A stretch of DNA of 64,000 nucleotides, taken from the human T2T-CHM13v2.0 reference genome, Homo sapiens. The DNA is taken from assembly GCF_009914755.1 (NCBI RefSeq), contig NC_060926.1; one strand, 5' to 3'. Position numbers and translations under genes: made by a program. The number at the start of each line of letters is the position of its first letter. Positions within the stretch are counted from its first letter, which is position 1. Below the pieces are notes generated by a model. It saw nothing but the letters and a program-made list of their open reading frames with translations, was not told the origin of the DNA and made no database searches. Positions 51,460 to 64,000 of the stretch are shown here, piece by piece.

Positions 51460-52910
51460 GCTTTGGTTTCTACTGAGGTAAAATTCATGTAACATAAAAT
51501 TAACCACTTTAAAGTGTCCAATTCCGCAGCACTTCATCTGCTCACAGTGCTGTGCAGCCTCACCTCTGTCTAGTTCTGAAACATCTCATCTCCCCACAAG
51601 GAAACCACTAAGCAGGCTCTCCCCATCTCTCCGTGCCTCCAGCCCCCACAACCACGCACCTGCTGTCTGCTGCTGTGGGTTCAGGGGAATGTGAAATGCT
51701 GGTTATTTCACAGAAATGGAGTCACATAGCCTGTGACCTTTGGTGTCCAGCTTTTTTTACTTACCGTGATCTTTCCAAGGCCCCTGCACACTGCAGCAGG
51801 AATCGGTGCCTGATTCCTTTTTATGGCTGGAGAACATTCCCTTGCATGGATAGGTCAGTTTTGTCTGCTCATTGGGTGGATATTTGGGATGTTTCCATAT
51901 TTTGACTACTGTGAATGGTGCTGCTGTGAACATCCATGCAAAAATTTTTGTTTGAATACTTGTTTTCAATTATTTTGTCCATACCCCTAGCTGTATGTTA
52001 ATTCTGTTTTACTTTCTGAGGAACCACCAAACTGTTTTTACAGTGGCTAAGCCATTTCATGTTTCCACCAGCAATATACAAGGTTTGTCATTTTCCCACA
52101 TCGTCGCCGACACTTATTTTCCGATTTTTGGTGCTAGCTATCTCGAGTGTGGTGTGTGACATCCTGTTGCTCTGATTTACATGTCCCTGATGACTAGTGA
52201 TACTGAGCATCTTTTCATGAGATTATTAGTCATTTGCATATCATCTTTGGGAAGGTGTCTATTCAAATTCTTTGCTATTTTTAAAACTGACTTTTTGCTG
52301 TTGTGTTGAAGAGTTTTTTTTTTTCTTCTGGAAACTAGACATTCATGAGATACATGATGTGCAAAAAAATCCTACCATTCTGTGGTTTGTCTTTTCACTG
52401 TTTTGATAGTACCCTTTGAAACACAAAGGGTACTATCAAATTTTCATAAAGTCCAATTCTTCTGTTTTTTTCTTTTATTGCCTGTGTTTTTTGTTTCATA
52501 TCCAAGAATCTCTTGCCAAATCCAATGTCATGAGATTTCCCCAATATTTTCTTCTAAGAGTTTTTGCTCACTGGGGGTTTTGGTCCATTTTGGGTTCCCT
52601 GTTGTGTATGGTGTGAGGTAGGGTCTAGCTTCATTTGTCCCTGTACCACTTGTTGAAGAGACTACTCTTTGTCTCATTGAATAATCTTGGCATCCTTGTC
52701 CCAAAAAATTGACCACAGGTGTGTGGGTTTGTGTCTGAACGCTTCTATTCCATTTGTCCACATGTCCGCCTTCATGCCAATATCAAACTGTTTTGATTAC
52801 TGTAGCTTTGTACTGTAGTAAGTTTTGAAACTGGGAAACTGAGTCCTCCAACTCTGTTTTTGTTTTTTAAGACTATGTGGCTATTCAGGGAATATCCTTG
52901 TTTCATGCCC
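51460..52910 (-). mobile_element. L1MB-like 3' region
   Basis: gaggtaaaattcatgtaacataaaattaaccactttaaagtg...gaggaaccaccaaactgtttt...ctgttttgattactgtagctttg. Confidence 0.9.
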
Positions 52911-55900
52911 ATTTTTCCTCTGAGAAAATGAAGAGAGAAGAAGACTGAGTGACCTAAGGGGGTGGCTCAGCTGGTCAGCACCAGCAATGACAGAGGGAGT
53001 GAAGGGGCTCAGGGGCCAGAAAAGGAGCAGGATGTCCATAGGGCAGAGGTCCTGTGGCTGTGCCTGGCCCTGACCCAAATCTACTGTCCTCACCTGGCTG
53101 ACAACCCTGCCCTCACAGGCTGCAATCACTCTGCTCATGTGACACTTACTCAGGAAGCCCTGCACCTGCCTGAGAGTCACCTCGCCTCCCTAAAATGAGG
53201 CCCAGAGGCCAGGTGTCTAAGCCTCCCTTGGCCGCCCTCCCTGGGCCGCAGCCCCAGGTCTGGGGAGCACTTTGGCCTGAGGCCCTCTGGAAGGGCAGGG
53301 CTTCCCTCTGTCACCTTCTCAGGATGCTTTTGCCAGACTTTTGTTGAAGGTAGGGGACCAAGGCCAGGTGGGCTGGTCAACGCCACCTTTAGGGAGGGGC
53401 CTCGCCACCACTAGTGCCTGCCCACTCCCCAGCACGGGTGGGCCAGCCAGAGCTGACCCGATGTGGCTGAGCTTGGCTGTAGGTGTGACCCATGGGCCAG
53501 GCCATGGTTGCAGGGTGTGGTCAGGGCCTCTCCTCCTCCCTGGTCCTCAGCCGTTGTCTACGGCTTCAGCCTCTCCTCCTCCCAAGTCCTCGGCTGTGTC
53601 TTGTTCCAGCCCCCCTCCTCCTTCCCTCCCTGGACACTCCCACTGTGTCCAGGAGGGCCCTGCAGCTGCCTTCACCTCTGGTTGTGCCGGTGGCTGCAGG
53701 GCAAATAAAACCAACCCTTCCCCCATCCCCCTCCCCAGGGACCAGGCAGCCTGTCCCTGTCCCCAGAAGAGGCCTTGCACCACCCCTTCCCTCCCACAGG
53801 CCTCAGGGGCTCCCTTGCCCTTCAGCCGTCCAACGCTCAGGACACCTGTCCCCTGCCACCTAGCGGGGCATTACTATTGCACAGAGAAACAGACACTCGG
53901 ATGCGGCAGTTTCGCCTCCTCAGGAAAATAGGATTCCCAGAGAGGACCAGCAGGCCAGGGAGGCTACAGTCCTCCCTCAGCTGCACCATGCAGGTGCCTC
54001 TCTCGCCTGTGACTCAGCCTCACCTGCCAAGGTTGCAAAACCCTGCTCGGTGGGCCCTGGCAAGGCCTCCCCCTTAGGAGACGGCTCTTCCACTGAGCCC
54101 CTGGATTCCCTCCCACCCAGCGCAGGCCGGCGGCACACAGGGCAGGCCACTGTGAGCACTCTGGCTGCTCTAGGCCCTGACACAGTACAGGCCTGTGTCC
54201 TCCGCAGCCAGGTGTGCAGGCCCCCAACCCCCCCCCCCCCAGCCCATGGCTTGCCAGCCAGGGCCATGGAAGCCACAGCCACCTCCCCACATGCAGGCTG
54301 GTGGCTCCTGCCCAGGAGGACAGATGCCTGCTGTCTTGTTCTCTGGTCTTCCAGAGAAAAGGTTGGCTGAAGAGGGTGCCCCGGCCATGTTCCTGTCACC
54401 AACTGGACAACTCCCCTCAAAGGGCCTTGAGCATCCCAGGACACCCTCCCCAGGAGCAGGGAAGGTTGGGAGTGTGGCGTGGACAGTGCCACCCTTCCAG
54501 GCCAGCATGGTCCAGAGGCAAACCCTTACCTGCAGAGCAGCTCAGAGGATGCCTCCAGTTGGCCTCACCCTGGAAACGGCTCTTTGCTTTGGGGACCAAG
54601 CAAGCTCTTCAGACAAGCCTGCAGAAGGGCAGTGGGAGGCGGGACAGGGCCACAGTCCGACCCCCTCAGACCTTAGGAGCCTCATCTACAGGGAAATGAA
54701 ACCCTTCAACTCCAGACCTCTGGAGCTGAAGGCAACTTTAGGCCTTCCCTAAGCTTAGGGGAAGGTTTGAGGTGACCCTGGAATCTGAATGGGGAGGGGA
54801 AGAACGTTCAGCTTCCTGGACCCCTTGAGAGGAGGGGGAGGCTCAGGGGCTCCTGCACTGTGGCTGAGGGCAGCTGCATTCTGATCTTCAGAGTCCTTGC
54901 AGGCTTCGGATTGAAGCTGGTTTTCAAATGATCAGCCAGGCAGTATGGACTGCAGGAGGAATAGGTCAAAAGCCAGCAATGGTCCAGAAGGGGAGAGGTG
55001 GAGGGAAGGGCAGGAGCCACACACGGAGCAGACAGGACCTGGCAGGAAAGCCATGAGCTGCTGGTGCTGGGGACACCAAAGCGTGCACGTGGGTCTCTGA
55101 GCTCCAGGTGTGTGGGGTGCTTTGTCCTAACATAGCAGACAGTGCCGGAGTGCCCCCATCTGCTCCCTCTCCTCAAGGAGACCAGGCCAAGAGTCAGGGT
55201 GGGGAGGGGCAGGAAAACAGCCACAGGGAAGGCCAAACCCAGCTCAGCCCAGAGTGGAGTGTTTGGGGTCATCTCTTGCTACCAGGGTCCTCAGACTAGA
55301 GAAACAGGTGCCAGCTCTTGGAGGGGCCACAGGTGCATTCCTCTGACCCCACCTACCACACGGGTGACCCAGCCTCACTGAAAAGGCTTGCTCTCCTCTG
55401 ACCTGGATAAGGGAGGCCAGCCCAGACTTCTGCTGATCAAAAGGACCCAGCAGAGCAGAGCAGGCTCCAAACAGCTTCACCTTCAAGTTGACTGCCCCAC
55501 GGCAGGGGCTTGGAGAGAGGTGGAGGGAGGTGCAGGTATGACCTCCTTTGAGAATAATGGTGCCAGGTTTTCTCAGTCCTGCAAACTCTGCCCAGCTGGC
55601 GCCCTTGTCCACCCACCCTCACTGCCCAGTGGCAGCCCCTAAGTTGGGGAAGCCAGGGCAGCCCTAGGGTTCAGACTCAAAGCCGAACTCCTGTAGATTA
55701 GGGTCCTGGCTCAGGGCTGGAAGACCTTCCAGGGTACCACTGAGTGTCCAGGCAGAGCAGGGACCAGCACCCCACCTCACAGACCCCACACGAGTACAAT
55801 CCTGCAGGGTCGTCTGGAGCCGAGCTCCTTCATGAGATGACAGCGGCTCCCTGAGCCAGCACCAGAATGAGAGACCGGATGAATGTTCCCCAAGTGTCAC

Positions 55901-58900
55901 CACCAAAAGGCAGGGCAGGAAGCACGGGGTGAGCTGGAGGTGGAGTCCATGGGCCAGAGCAGGCCCTGGGGCAGATCCCCTCCCCATCGCTAAGCCCTAT
56001 AGAGCTGCCCAGAGCCCCGCTTCTTTCTGGCAGGCACCCTGATTACCATTTGCAGAAAGATCTCCAGCTCTGCAGGCAGGCTGTCCTGCCCACCCTGCTC
56101 TGCCCAGGGCTGCCAGCCACTCCTGGGGACCATGTTCCCTTCATCAGCCACATGCTGGGGTATCCACTTCCTCCTTCAGGCTGCTGCCCAAGGGGTCCCC
56201 AGACCCCCACAGAGGTGTGGGGACCCTACGTCCTCCACTATGCCCCAGGGCACCAAAACACCTCCTGGGTGCTCTAATAGATCAGATGCCACATCCCAGC
56301 CAGCCCTAGTCCATGCCCTTGAACCCCTGCTGTCTGCAGGCACACGCGCGCACTCCTGCCTCCCACGGCCAGTAGGACAGGGCTCTCGTAGGTAGGGATG
56401 CTACAGGCAGTGACATTCACAAGAAGGCAGCCATGGATGGCAGCGACAACAATCGCTCAGTCTGTTTGGAAACTTACTTTTGGAGTCTCCGAAAGACAAT
56501 CCCTGAAACCAAACAGAAAGGGAAGCTGTCCGTCCATGGCAGCGGGCAAGGGCGTGCACACTCACGAGGGTTCCACGGAGCAAAAGTAGGATAATTTCTG
56601 GGCAGACCTGCCGTCCGAACGGCTGGGAGCTGCGGGCCCCCCGGCGCTCCCTGTGTCTTCTGAGCAGAGACCAGGCTCAGCATCCCGCAGACCCCCACCC
56701 TCCCTAGGCAGAGGCAGGAGTGGGCCCTAAGCCAGCAGTACACGCCCTCCAGGACCTGGGGTCCTCCACAGAAGATGGGGGCATGGAAGGGAGGCCCCCA
56801 CGCCCTGGCCCAACAGGCACTGCCTGCCTCAGCCCGTCAGACAATGCTAAGTGTCCTCTGCCCTCACTGCACCTGTGGAAGAGCAGGTCCAGGCTGCGCC
56901 ACACGCCCACTCTCAGGGACAAACTTTTCCTCTCAGGTGTTTCCTCACTTGCTCATTCATTCCTTCTTTGTGTCGCATACGTGTGCCCCCACTGTCTAGC
57001 CAGGCAAAGACACCAAAGCAGGAGGGGGTGGTCTTGGTCAGAGCCACAAGGGTCACTGTGGTGGCTGGGATTCGAGGCATCAACTATGTCCTCAAACCCA
57101 TCCACGTGTCCTGTGTGGAGCGGCCCCAGGGACAGCGGTGGAAGAGGGGGCTGATCAGCCTTGCCCATCCTCCCAGAGTCCCAGTCTGGACCCTGCACCC
57201 GACTAGCACGGGCAGCCTGGCGGCTCCTGCCCTGGTGACAGCGGGCGTGTGCAGCATTGCCAGGAGGGAAGCAGGGGTAGCTGCAGCTGCTCAGGATCCT
57301 GCGGCTCCTCCCAGGTGCAAACACGGCTTTTGCTTCCAATGCCCCCGGCGGCATGTGCATCCTCTCCAGGGAAGGCCCTGGCTACAGGTCTCCTGGCCTG
57401 CGGAATGGGAATGATTCCAGGACCTGCGATGGTGGTAAGGACTTCCTTAGGAGATGAAGCCACCCAGGGGTCACCAGGGCCAGGCAGAGGCTGCCACCAT
57501 CGCGTTCTAAGCCCTGCTGTCCACACTGCCATCCAGAGGCCCAGAACTAGGCTGGAGGAAGGACTTGCCTGGAGGAATAACCCAACCTGGTCAGATTAAG
57601 AGGAGGCGTAGACAGTGACGGGGTAACTATAGAGCCTCAGGCCGGGTTAACCTCAAGTCCAGCTTCCTAGGCCCAGGCAGCCCTGCCTGATCCCGCAGTG
57701 CGTGAGACCACACAGAGAGAGAGCGGGATCGTGGGCCCAGGCTCCTGACCGTGCTGGATAAGGTGTGCAGGCAGCCACGCCAGGCCCAGGCAAGAAGGAG
57801 CAAGCCCGGAGCATGTACTGAACAGGGGTCTGTGAGTCACAAAATGTGACGCAGCAGAGGGTATGTGGGGGAGGGCAGGGAAATGCACACTTGGATTGGG
57901 TCCCCAAAGCCTCCCTCTCCAGCAATGACTCAGTGTCTCTGGGTGAAGGAGCAACCTTCTCTGGGAGGCAGGGCAGGAAACCCCAAGAGCCCAGGGGGAG
58001 GGCACCCCACCTTCCTGCTCCAGCCCCACACAGCGGCTGAGAGCCCCAGGCACAGAAGGGGTAGGGAATGTTGCCACCACCCCCACCACGGACCCCGCTG
58101 CAGCTTCCAGGTGATGCCACAGGCCCTGAAATCAGGACACCCTTGCTGTACATGGGGGTCATCTTGAGGTTCTCTGCCAAGGATACTGACCTCTATGCCT
58201 GCCCCCAATTCTGCAGCTCAGGCACCTGGCTTCACCGCCAGGCCTTACCATGTGGAGAACAGGGGGCCGGGGTGGGGGGTCTGGGAGCCAAGGAAGGAGT
58301 GAAGCCCTCCAGACACCAACATCGCAGTCCTCGCCCCCTCCCTACAGACCCCATCCAGCCCAACTCCCCATGTGCAGCTAAAGCCACGCGCCCTCCTACC
58401 ATACAAGGTGCAGGCAGCCCTCCCGCCTTCTTCAAAGAGGCATCTGCTCCGGCTCACTCCACCCTCCTCCCCCAGTGGCCTAACTAGTCGCCGGGTTCCA
58501 ACCCTATCCCTTCTCCAGAGGTCATCTGGCCCCACCCAGCAGCCCAAACCAGTAGACCGGCCCTGCCCCATCACTTTGGTTTCTCCAGCATCCAAAGAAC
58601 GTGGAGGGTCACCCCCCCAAAACAGCTGTCAAGGTCCAACAATTAAGCCATCTGTTGCCGCTCCCTGGGACTGGGAGAGGTGAGGTCGAGTTTCTTGGCG
58701 AGTTTCCTGCGTGCAGCCCCCACACCACAAAAGCCCCCGGTGCGAGCCGGAGCCCAGCGCGAGACGGCTGGAAGGGCGCGGGGAGGGAGCCGCTGCGGGG
58801 TGCAGGCGGGGAGAGGGGCGGCGGCTCGAGGCGCGGCCGGCGGGCGGAGGGTACGGAGGCGCCGGGAGAGCGTTCTCGGGGCGCGCTGCCAGGGTGCAGG

Positions 58901-59390
58901 AAGCCGGGGCGCGCGGGAGGGAGCGGGGAGCGGGATGCCGATTTCGGCTGGGGGCGGGGAGGCCCCTGATTGGGGCGCGGGAGGCGTGATGTCACGTCCG
59001 GCGGGGGAAGCCCTGCCTCGCGCACCCTCCGCCCCCGTCCCCGCCCCCACAGGTGGTGCCACCGCCCTGGGCGCTGGGCGTGGGGGGCCGCCCTCGGGGA
59101 CCCCGGCCGCGGCCCCGCGCTGCCCGGCTCCGCCGCCTCCCGCCGGGGATCGATAGAGTCGCGCGGCCAGGCGGGCCCTCTGGGTCCCTAAGAGCCAGAG
59201 GAGCGCCCAGTGCGCCCCGGCCCGCGCCCCCGCGCCGCGCCCCGCCCCGCCCCGCCCGGTGCTCCCAGTCCCTCCCCCACCCCTGCGCTCCCACCCTGCC
59301 CCGCCCCTCTCCTCTCCCGCGGCCGCCTAGGGGCCGGGCCGGCGGCGGGGGAGGCGCCGAGCCGGGACTGCGCTAGCCCGCCGCGCTCTG

Positions 59391-59611
59391 GGCTGCCCGA
59401 GCGAGCGTTCGGACCTCGCACCCCGCGCGCCCCGCGCCGCCGCCGCCGCCGGCTTTTGTTGTCTCCGCCTCCTCGGCCGCCGCCGCCTCTGGACCGCGAG
59501 CCGCGCGCGCCGGGACCTTGGCTCTGCCCTTCGCGGGCGGGAACTGCGCAGGACCCGGCCAGGATCCGAGAGAGGCGCGGGCGGGTGGCCGGGGGCGCCG
59601 CCGGCCCCGCC
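59391..59611 (+). other. GPC1: GPC1 5' UTR (start approximate) containing (GCC)5
   Basis: GC-rich leader ending in the strong Kozak context gccATGG; (GCC)5 at 59436-59450. The TSS cannot be fixed from sequence. Confidence 0.75.
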
Positions 59612-59777
59612 ATGGAGCTCCGGGCCCGAGGCTGGTGGCTGCTATGTGCGGCCGCAGCGCTGGTCGCCTGCGCCCGCGGGGACCCGGCCAGCAAGAGCCG
59701 GAGCTGCGGCGAGGTCCGCCAGATCTACGGAGCCAAGGGCTTCAGCCTGAGCGACGTGCCCCAGGCGGAGATCTCGG
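59612..59777 (+). CDS. GPC1: Glypican-1 coding exon 1 (signal peptide and N terminus; continues outside the window)
   Basis: Encodes [55 protein letters not shown](G), the recognised GPC1 N terminus; 166 nt; phase-1 donor G|GTGAGT at 59778. Confidence 0.98.
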
Positions 59778-60989
59778 GTGAGTGAGGGCGCGGCGCCGGG
59801 AACCCGGGCCTGGCCGGGCTTTGGGCTCCGGACCCTGGTCTTCCCGACGCGGCTACTCGCCCCCGGCGCGGGATCCTGCCGCCTGCGCCCCGCCGCCCGG
59901 GCCCCGAATGGCTCCCTGCGCTGCGGCTCCTCTGCAACCCCACGGCCCTCGCCTCCAAGCCCCGCGCCGCACTCCCTCGCCAGGGTCTCCTCCGCCCCGC
60001 TCGGTCGTCCTCCGCCCCTCCCCGCCCCCCGCACGCCGGCTTCTTCCCTGCGGAGCTGATCTCGCCGGGCTGCGGGCTCGGGGCGCTCCTCCCGGGCCAC
60101 GGCTGGAGCTGGGCGTCTTCTGCCCGCCGCTCGGCCCAGCGCGCCTGCAGGCCGGGAGTCCCAGCCCCGGGGCCGGCTGTCGGGGCGCTGTGGGGCTCGG
60201 CGTGGCCGGGCTTTCGGGGCGCCGCTGACGGTGGCCGCGGACCCCTTCTGCTCTGTACAGACCTCTCTGGGAGGCGTCTCCGGTCCTGCCCGGGGATTCT
60301 CGTAGGGTCTCCAGCAAAGGCAGCCTAGGTGGGTTTTATAAGCTGACCCCCTCGGGGGGTAGTGCGGAGGGGTGGGGAGGGAGCTGGGCACTTATCCGCG
60401 GGCGGAACGCCGCCGCCTCGTAGAGATTCCTGTCGAAGAACTTGTACGCGCCGGCCCCCGCCTGGCGCTTGGGCAGCCTCGTGCCGCGAGTCCAGCTGCA
60501 GGTGGTCGGCGCGTTGGATCCCGCCCAGGGGCCGTGTCATTTCTTTGTAAGAACAGCGGCCCTCTTGGCGCCCCCTAAGCCCTGCAGCCGCCTGCGGCTC
60601 TGCCTCTTCCCTCCCTGTGGTCCCGGAGGAGCTTTGGGGACAGAAGTGTACGGGTGGGTGGAACGGTGGGCTCCGTGTGCTAAGGAACTCTTGGAACCCA
60701 AGCTTCACCTTTCCACGTGTGGGAACCAACCTCGGTCTGTACCGCGTGCCAGGGACCCAGTGGGCAAGAACAAAACAGACTAGGTTCCTGCTCTGGGGGG
60801 CTCCTCTGAAACCAGGGGAGTGGGAGTGCGGGTGGAGGGCTACTCAGATGGGGACTCAGCGCAGAAATGCCCATGGTCCTGGGGATTCTGAGCAAGAAGG
60901 ATCCGTGCATCTGGGTGAGGGGGGTCTGTGGCCATGCCTTGCCGCGGGGGGCGGAGTGGTGGGAGGAGGCAGTCGGGCTCTGGACCCCT

Positions 60990-61178
60990 GCCCCTCCAGG
61001 AGGAACAGAACCCACAGACAGCCCCTTGCCCTTGGTGGATCTCCCGATGCCCCCAGCCTGAGGTTCTTGTAAGGGCCCCCTGACCGCCCCCCACAGAAGG
61101 AACAGAACCCGCAGACAGTCCCTTGGCGGATCTCCCGATGCCCTCCCCACCAGCCTGAGGTTCTTGCAAGGACCCCTC
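60990..61178 (+). repeat. ~97-bp diverged tandem duplication
   Basis: aggaacagaaccc(a/g)cagacag...ggatctcccgatgccc...cagcctgaggttcttg at 61001 and 61098. Confidence 0.9.
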
Positions 61179-62127
61179 CAAAGTCCCCAGGACAGGCCTT
61201 CCTGTGCCTCTGCAGAGGCAACCCTGTCATTTCCAGGCTGCCCCCCTCACCCCACTGGGCTCTGTCTGTCCCAGGTAGGGGGCACACCTGGATGCCAGGC
61301 AGCACAAGGCCCTCGGCACAGTTGGGTTCGTTCTCTGCCCCTCTACTCACACATAAAGAGGCATCCCTGGCCTTCCTGGTGAATCCCTCCCCAGGCACCA
61401 GGGTAGCAGAGTGGCTGAGTGGCTGCCCCTCCCAGCCCAGAGTCTTGAACCCTGCTCCTTTGGAAACCATTAGCCCCCAGCCCTTCTTAGCACCTCCATG
61501 TCCTCTGGGCAGTTGCATCCTTAGGAGCCAACCTAACCTTCCTTGCATCCACAGGCCACTGTTGCCAGTTAGAGAGACAGAGTGGCAGAGTTTGGCCATC
61601 TCCCAAGGGTGAGAAGAGAGGGCAGGACAAGATGGAGAAGTTGATGTGGGGCTGGGCCAGAGAGTGTGGGTCGTGCTGCTCTTGGGTTGGGGAATGCAGT
61701 GGGTTAGGGACCCAGGACAGGCAGATTGTGTTGATTTCTCTGTGTCTGATGGGGCAGGGGATGCTGTCCACCCCGCGTGGGGAGTACGAACGCCCTGCAG
61801 CTGTCTAACCACGGTGCCAGCCATGGGCCAGTGCCTGCTGCCAGGGCTCGGGGTGCCACCCTCCTCCAGACTTGCAAGGCCAGGACTGCACTGGGCAGGA
61901 TTACTGCCTCTCCAGTCGGTGCCCCTCCGACAGGAACCTCTCTCCCTGCACCCCCTATGGCTGCAGAAGTGGGGAGTAACCTTCGGGACCCAGGGTACAG
62001 AAGACAGTGTGGGAGCCACGTGGGCTGAGGGAAACAGGGTGACTCCCTCGGGTCGCAGCAGTCCTGGGGCAGCCAAGCCCAGTGTCCCCTCCTGCTTTGT
62101 CGGCTGGGCCTGGGCTCCGTGGAACGG

Positions 62128-62143
62128 GCGCCCTCTGGTGGCC
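62128..62143 (-). promoter_or_regulatory. CTCF motif
   Basis: gcgccctctggtggcc, whose reverse complement GGCCACCAGAGGGCGC matches the CCASYAGRKGGCRS core. Confidence 0.7.
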
Positions 62144-64000
62144 CCTGGGCGGCAGATCCTCCCAGGAGCCCTGGACCCTCTGTGGCCTAGTAGGCACCAT
62201 TCTCAGTCCCCTCTCTCCTGCATCCAGACTTCTCCAGGGGGACCTCCTCAGAGGGAATGCGAACCCCCTGGGGTTGGGCACCTCGCTGGCCCGGAGCAGG
62301 TGGGGTAGAGATCTGATACTTCCTCGTGGGAAGGAGAGCAGTTGGCCCTGGGTGTGTGGCGGGCCTTCCCAGCCTCTGCCCCAGGGACCAGAAAAGGCAG
62401 TGGGTGACAGGAGACTTAGCTCATGAAAGAGGGCAGTGTCGGGACATATTGGGCTCCCTTTTGAGACTTCCTTTGTCCTCTGGACAGCCAGGCCAGGCTG
62501 CAGTGACAGCAGTGGTCATCCCATTTTATGGGCAAGGAAGCAGGCCTGGGTGCCACCAGCTGGACGGTGGCACTGCAGCAGGGCACCCGGCCACCCTCCC
62601 TTTATGCCAGGGCACGGCACAGAAGGCAAGGGCGGAGCCGAGTGGCACCCCGGGTGCCCCTGCGCTGCCAGGAGCCCTCATGCTGAATCACTGCCCGCGT
62701 GCCAGCAGGCCTCCTGCTTTTGCTTGCAAGGTTGTGTCTGGGCATAGGTGTTCCCAGAGCACCTGTCTGGCCTCCTGATGTCTGATGTGATGTGATGTGT
62801 GTCTGTTTGCTCCTTTGCTGGGGTCTCAGCGCCCCACCTTGGCACCTGAGCTCCCTGGTCGCTGGGACCACCTCTAACTGTTTCCCTGTTGTAGCCACAG
62901 AACCCGGCTGGCTCCCGGCCCAGGATAGCTTCTCAGAGGACACCCCCAGGCCTTCCTGGCTTTATACCTGGCTGTGCTGGGTGGGGAGCGGGACATGGAG
63001 GGTAGAGGAGGGTCTCCTTGGAGCAGACACCCCTGTTCTCAGGGTCTCCCAGCCTGAGGCAGAGGAGGGGCCCTAAGGTCTAGTTTTGGGGGCAGAAGTC
63101 AGAGTGGGGCATGGGACTGTCGGTGGCACAGAAACTGCCCAGCCGCTCCTGTGCCCAGAGTGGCAGCCCGCCTACCAGCTGGAGCGGGCACCAGCGTGCC
63201 CTGGAGCCTGTACCAAGCACCCACTCGTTGGGCCCCTCCGAAGGAATCTTTTCTTCTCTGTGCCACTTTTGACCGCCTGGGTGGTTGGCACACAGACTCT
63301 GGGGAACCATCCTCAGAGGGCCTGGACCTCTCCTTCCCACATCCCTGAAAGGGTGTTTCCGGCTGGGCCCGGGAGAGCCCACCAGCATCTGCTTCTCAGT
63401 CCTGCTCAGCGGGCCTCTCGGAGGCTGCCTGGCACACAGCCCCTCACCAGACCAGACAGTTCCCTGTGCCCTGTCCTGTCCAGGTGGCTCAGCGTGGTTC
63501 CCAGGTGGTCCTCAGCCTTTGCTGTGTCGCTGCTCTTCCCTCCATGAGAGGAGCTCATCATCCCCAGCGTGAGGACCGAGCGGAGCCCAGGGGAGCCCTG
63601 ATCCGACAGGGCCACCTGCGTGATGCAATGGCCTGGGTCCCTGCTGGACCGCCAAGCCTCCCATGCCAGGCAGGCCACAGCACTCCTCAGGCACAGATGC
63701 CCCCACCCCCATCCCATCCCCGGTGTCCCCGGGCCTTTTCACAGGAGAGAAAGGGAATAATCGTGACCTCCTGTGAAGGTGGCCAGGAGGGAGAAGGTGC
63801 TGGGGCTGTGCACCTCGTGGGCAGCCTCGGGCTGTGTCCCCCCTCTCCCCGGACACCCTCTGCAAAGGCCCACACACACCCCTCTCAGTTAATGGCATCC
63901 GGTACCCTAAGAGCACTCATGAACCCGGGTGCTCTTAGAACACGGGGAAACCCGGCTTGTGGAGCGTTTCCCATGACTGTCTGGTTAACACATCAGACGG

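Larger units (their letters stand above)
58680..60560. promoter_or_regulatory. GPC1: CpG island and GPC1 promoter (no obvious TATA box; GC boxes, inverted CCAAT, CRE/E-box-like site)
   Basis: Very high GC and CpG density; ggggcgggg at 58951, ATTGG at 58969-58973, tgatgtcacgt at 58987-58997, several ccgccc boxes. Confidence 0.93.
59778..64000 (+). other. GPC1: GPC1 intron 1 (5' portion)
   Basis: Begins with the canonical GTGAGT donor; no glypican exon-2-like coding sequence seen before the window end. Confidence 0.9.

Noticed and set aside
59044-59060. CTCF-like ccccacaggtggtgcc in the promoter
   Set aside because: About three mismatches to the core in very GC-rich sequence; too weak to call.
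60856-62076. 406-aa antisense ORF in intron 1
   Set aside because: Non-ATG start, low-complexity composition and no recognisable domain; it also spans a tandem duplication.
59778-64000. MIR149, known to lie in GPC1 intron 1
   Set aside because: I did not find the mature sequence tctggctccgtgtcttcactccc; it should lie further downstream, outside the window.

Overview
This is primate, almost certainly human, genomic DNA. It covers about 59 kb upstream of glypican-1 (GPC1; 2q37.3 in human, from general knowledge), the GPC1 CpG-island promoter, coding exon 1 (59612-59777, +) and the start of intron 1. GPC1 exon 1 is the only protein-coding sequence I can support; the other ORFs in the track are explained by GC-rich sequence or repeats. 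The rest is a mosaic of Alu, L1, L2 and MIR elements, MaLR/ERV1/ERVL LTRs, DNA transposons (MER20, Tigger4a), a 5'-truncated ERV1 provirus with an env remnant, and about ten minisatellites. The most unusual items are: (1) a ~900-bp GGGCT/GAGCT pentamer array resembling an immunoglobulin switch region; (2) an Alu followed by a polyadenylated-looking LTR12 fragment; (3) a minisatellite amplified from inside an MLT1 LTR; and (4) four unrelated minisatellites that each carry CAGGTG E-boxes. I found no convincing new gene system. Repeat subfamily names come from recalled consensus sequences, repeat boundaries are approximate, and functional ideas are hypotheses.
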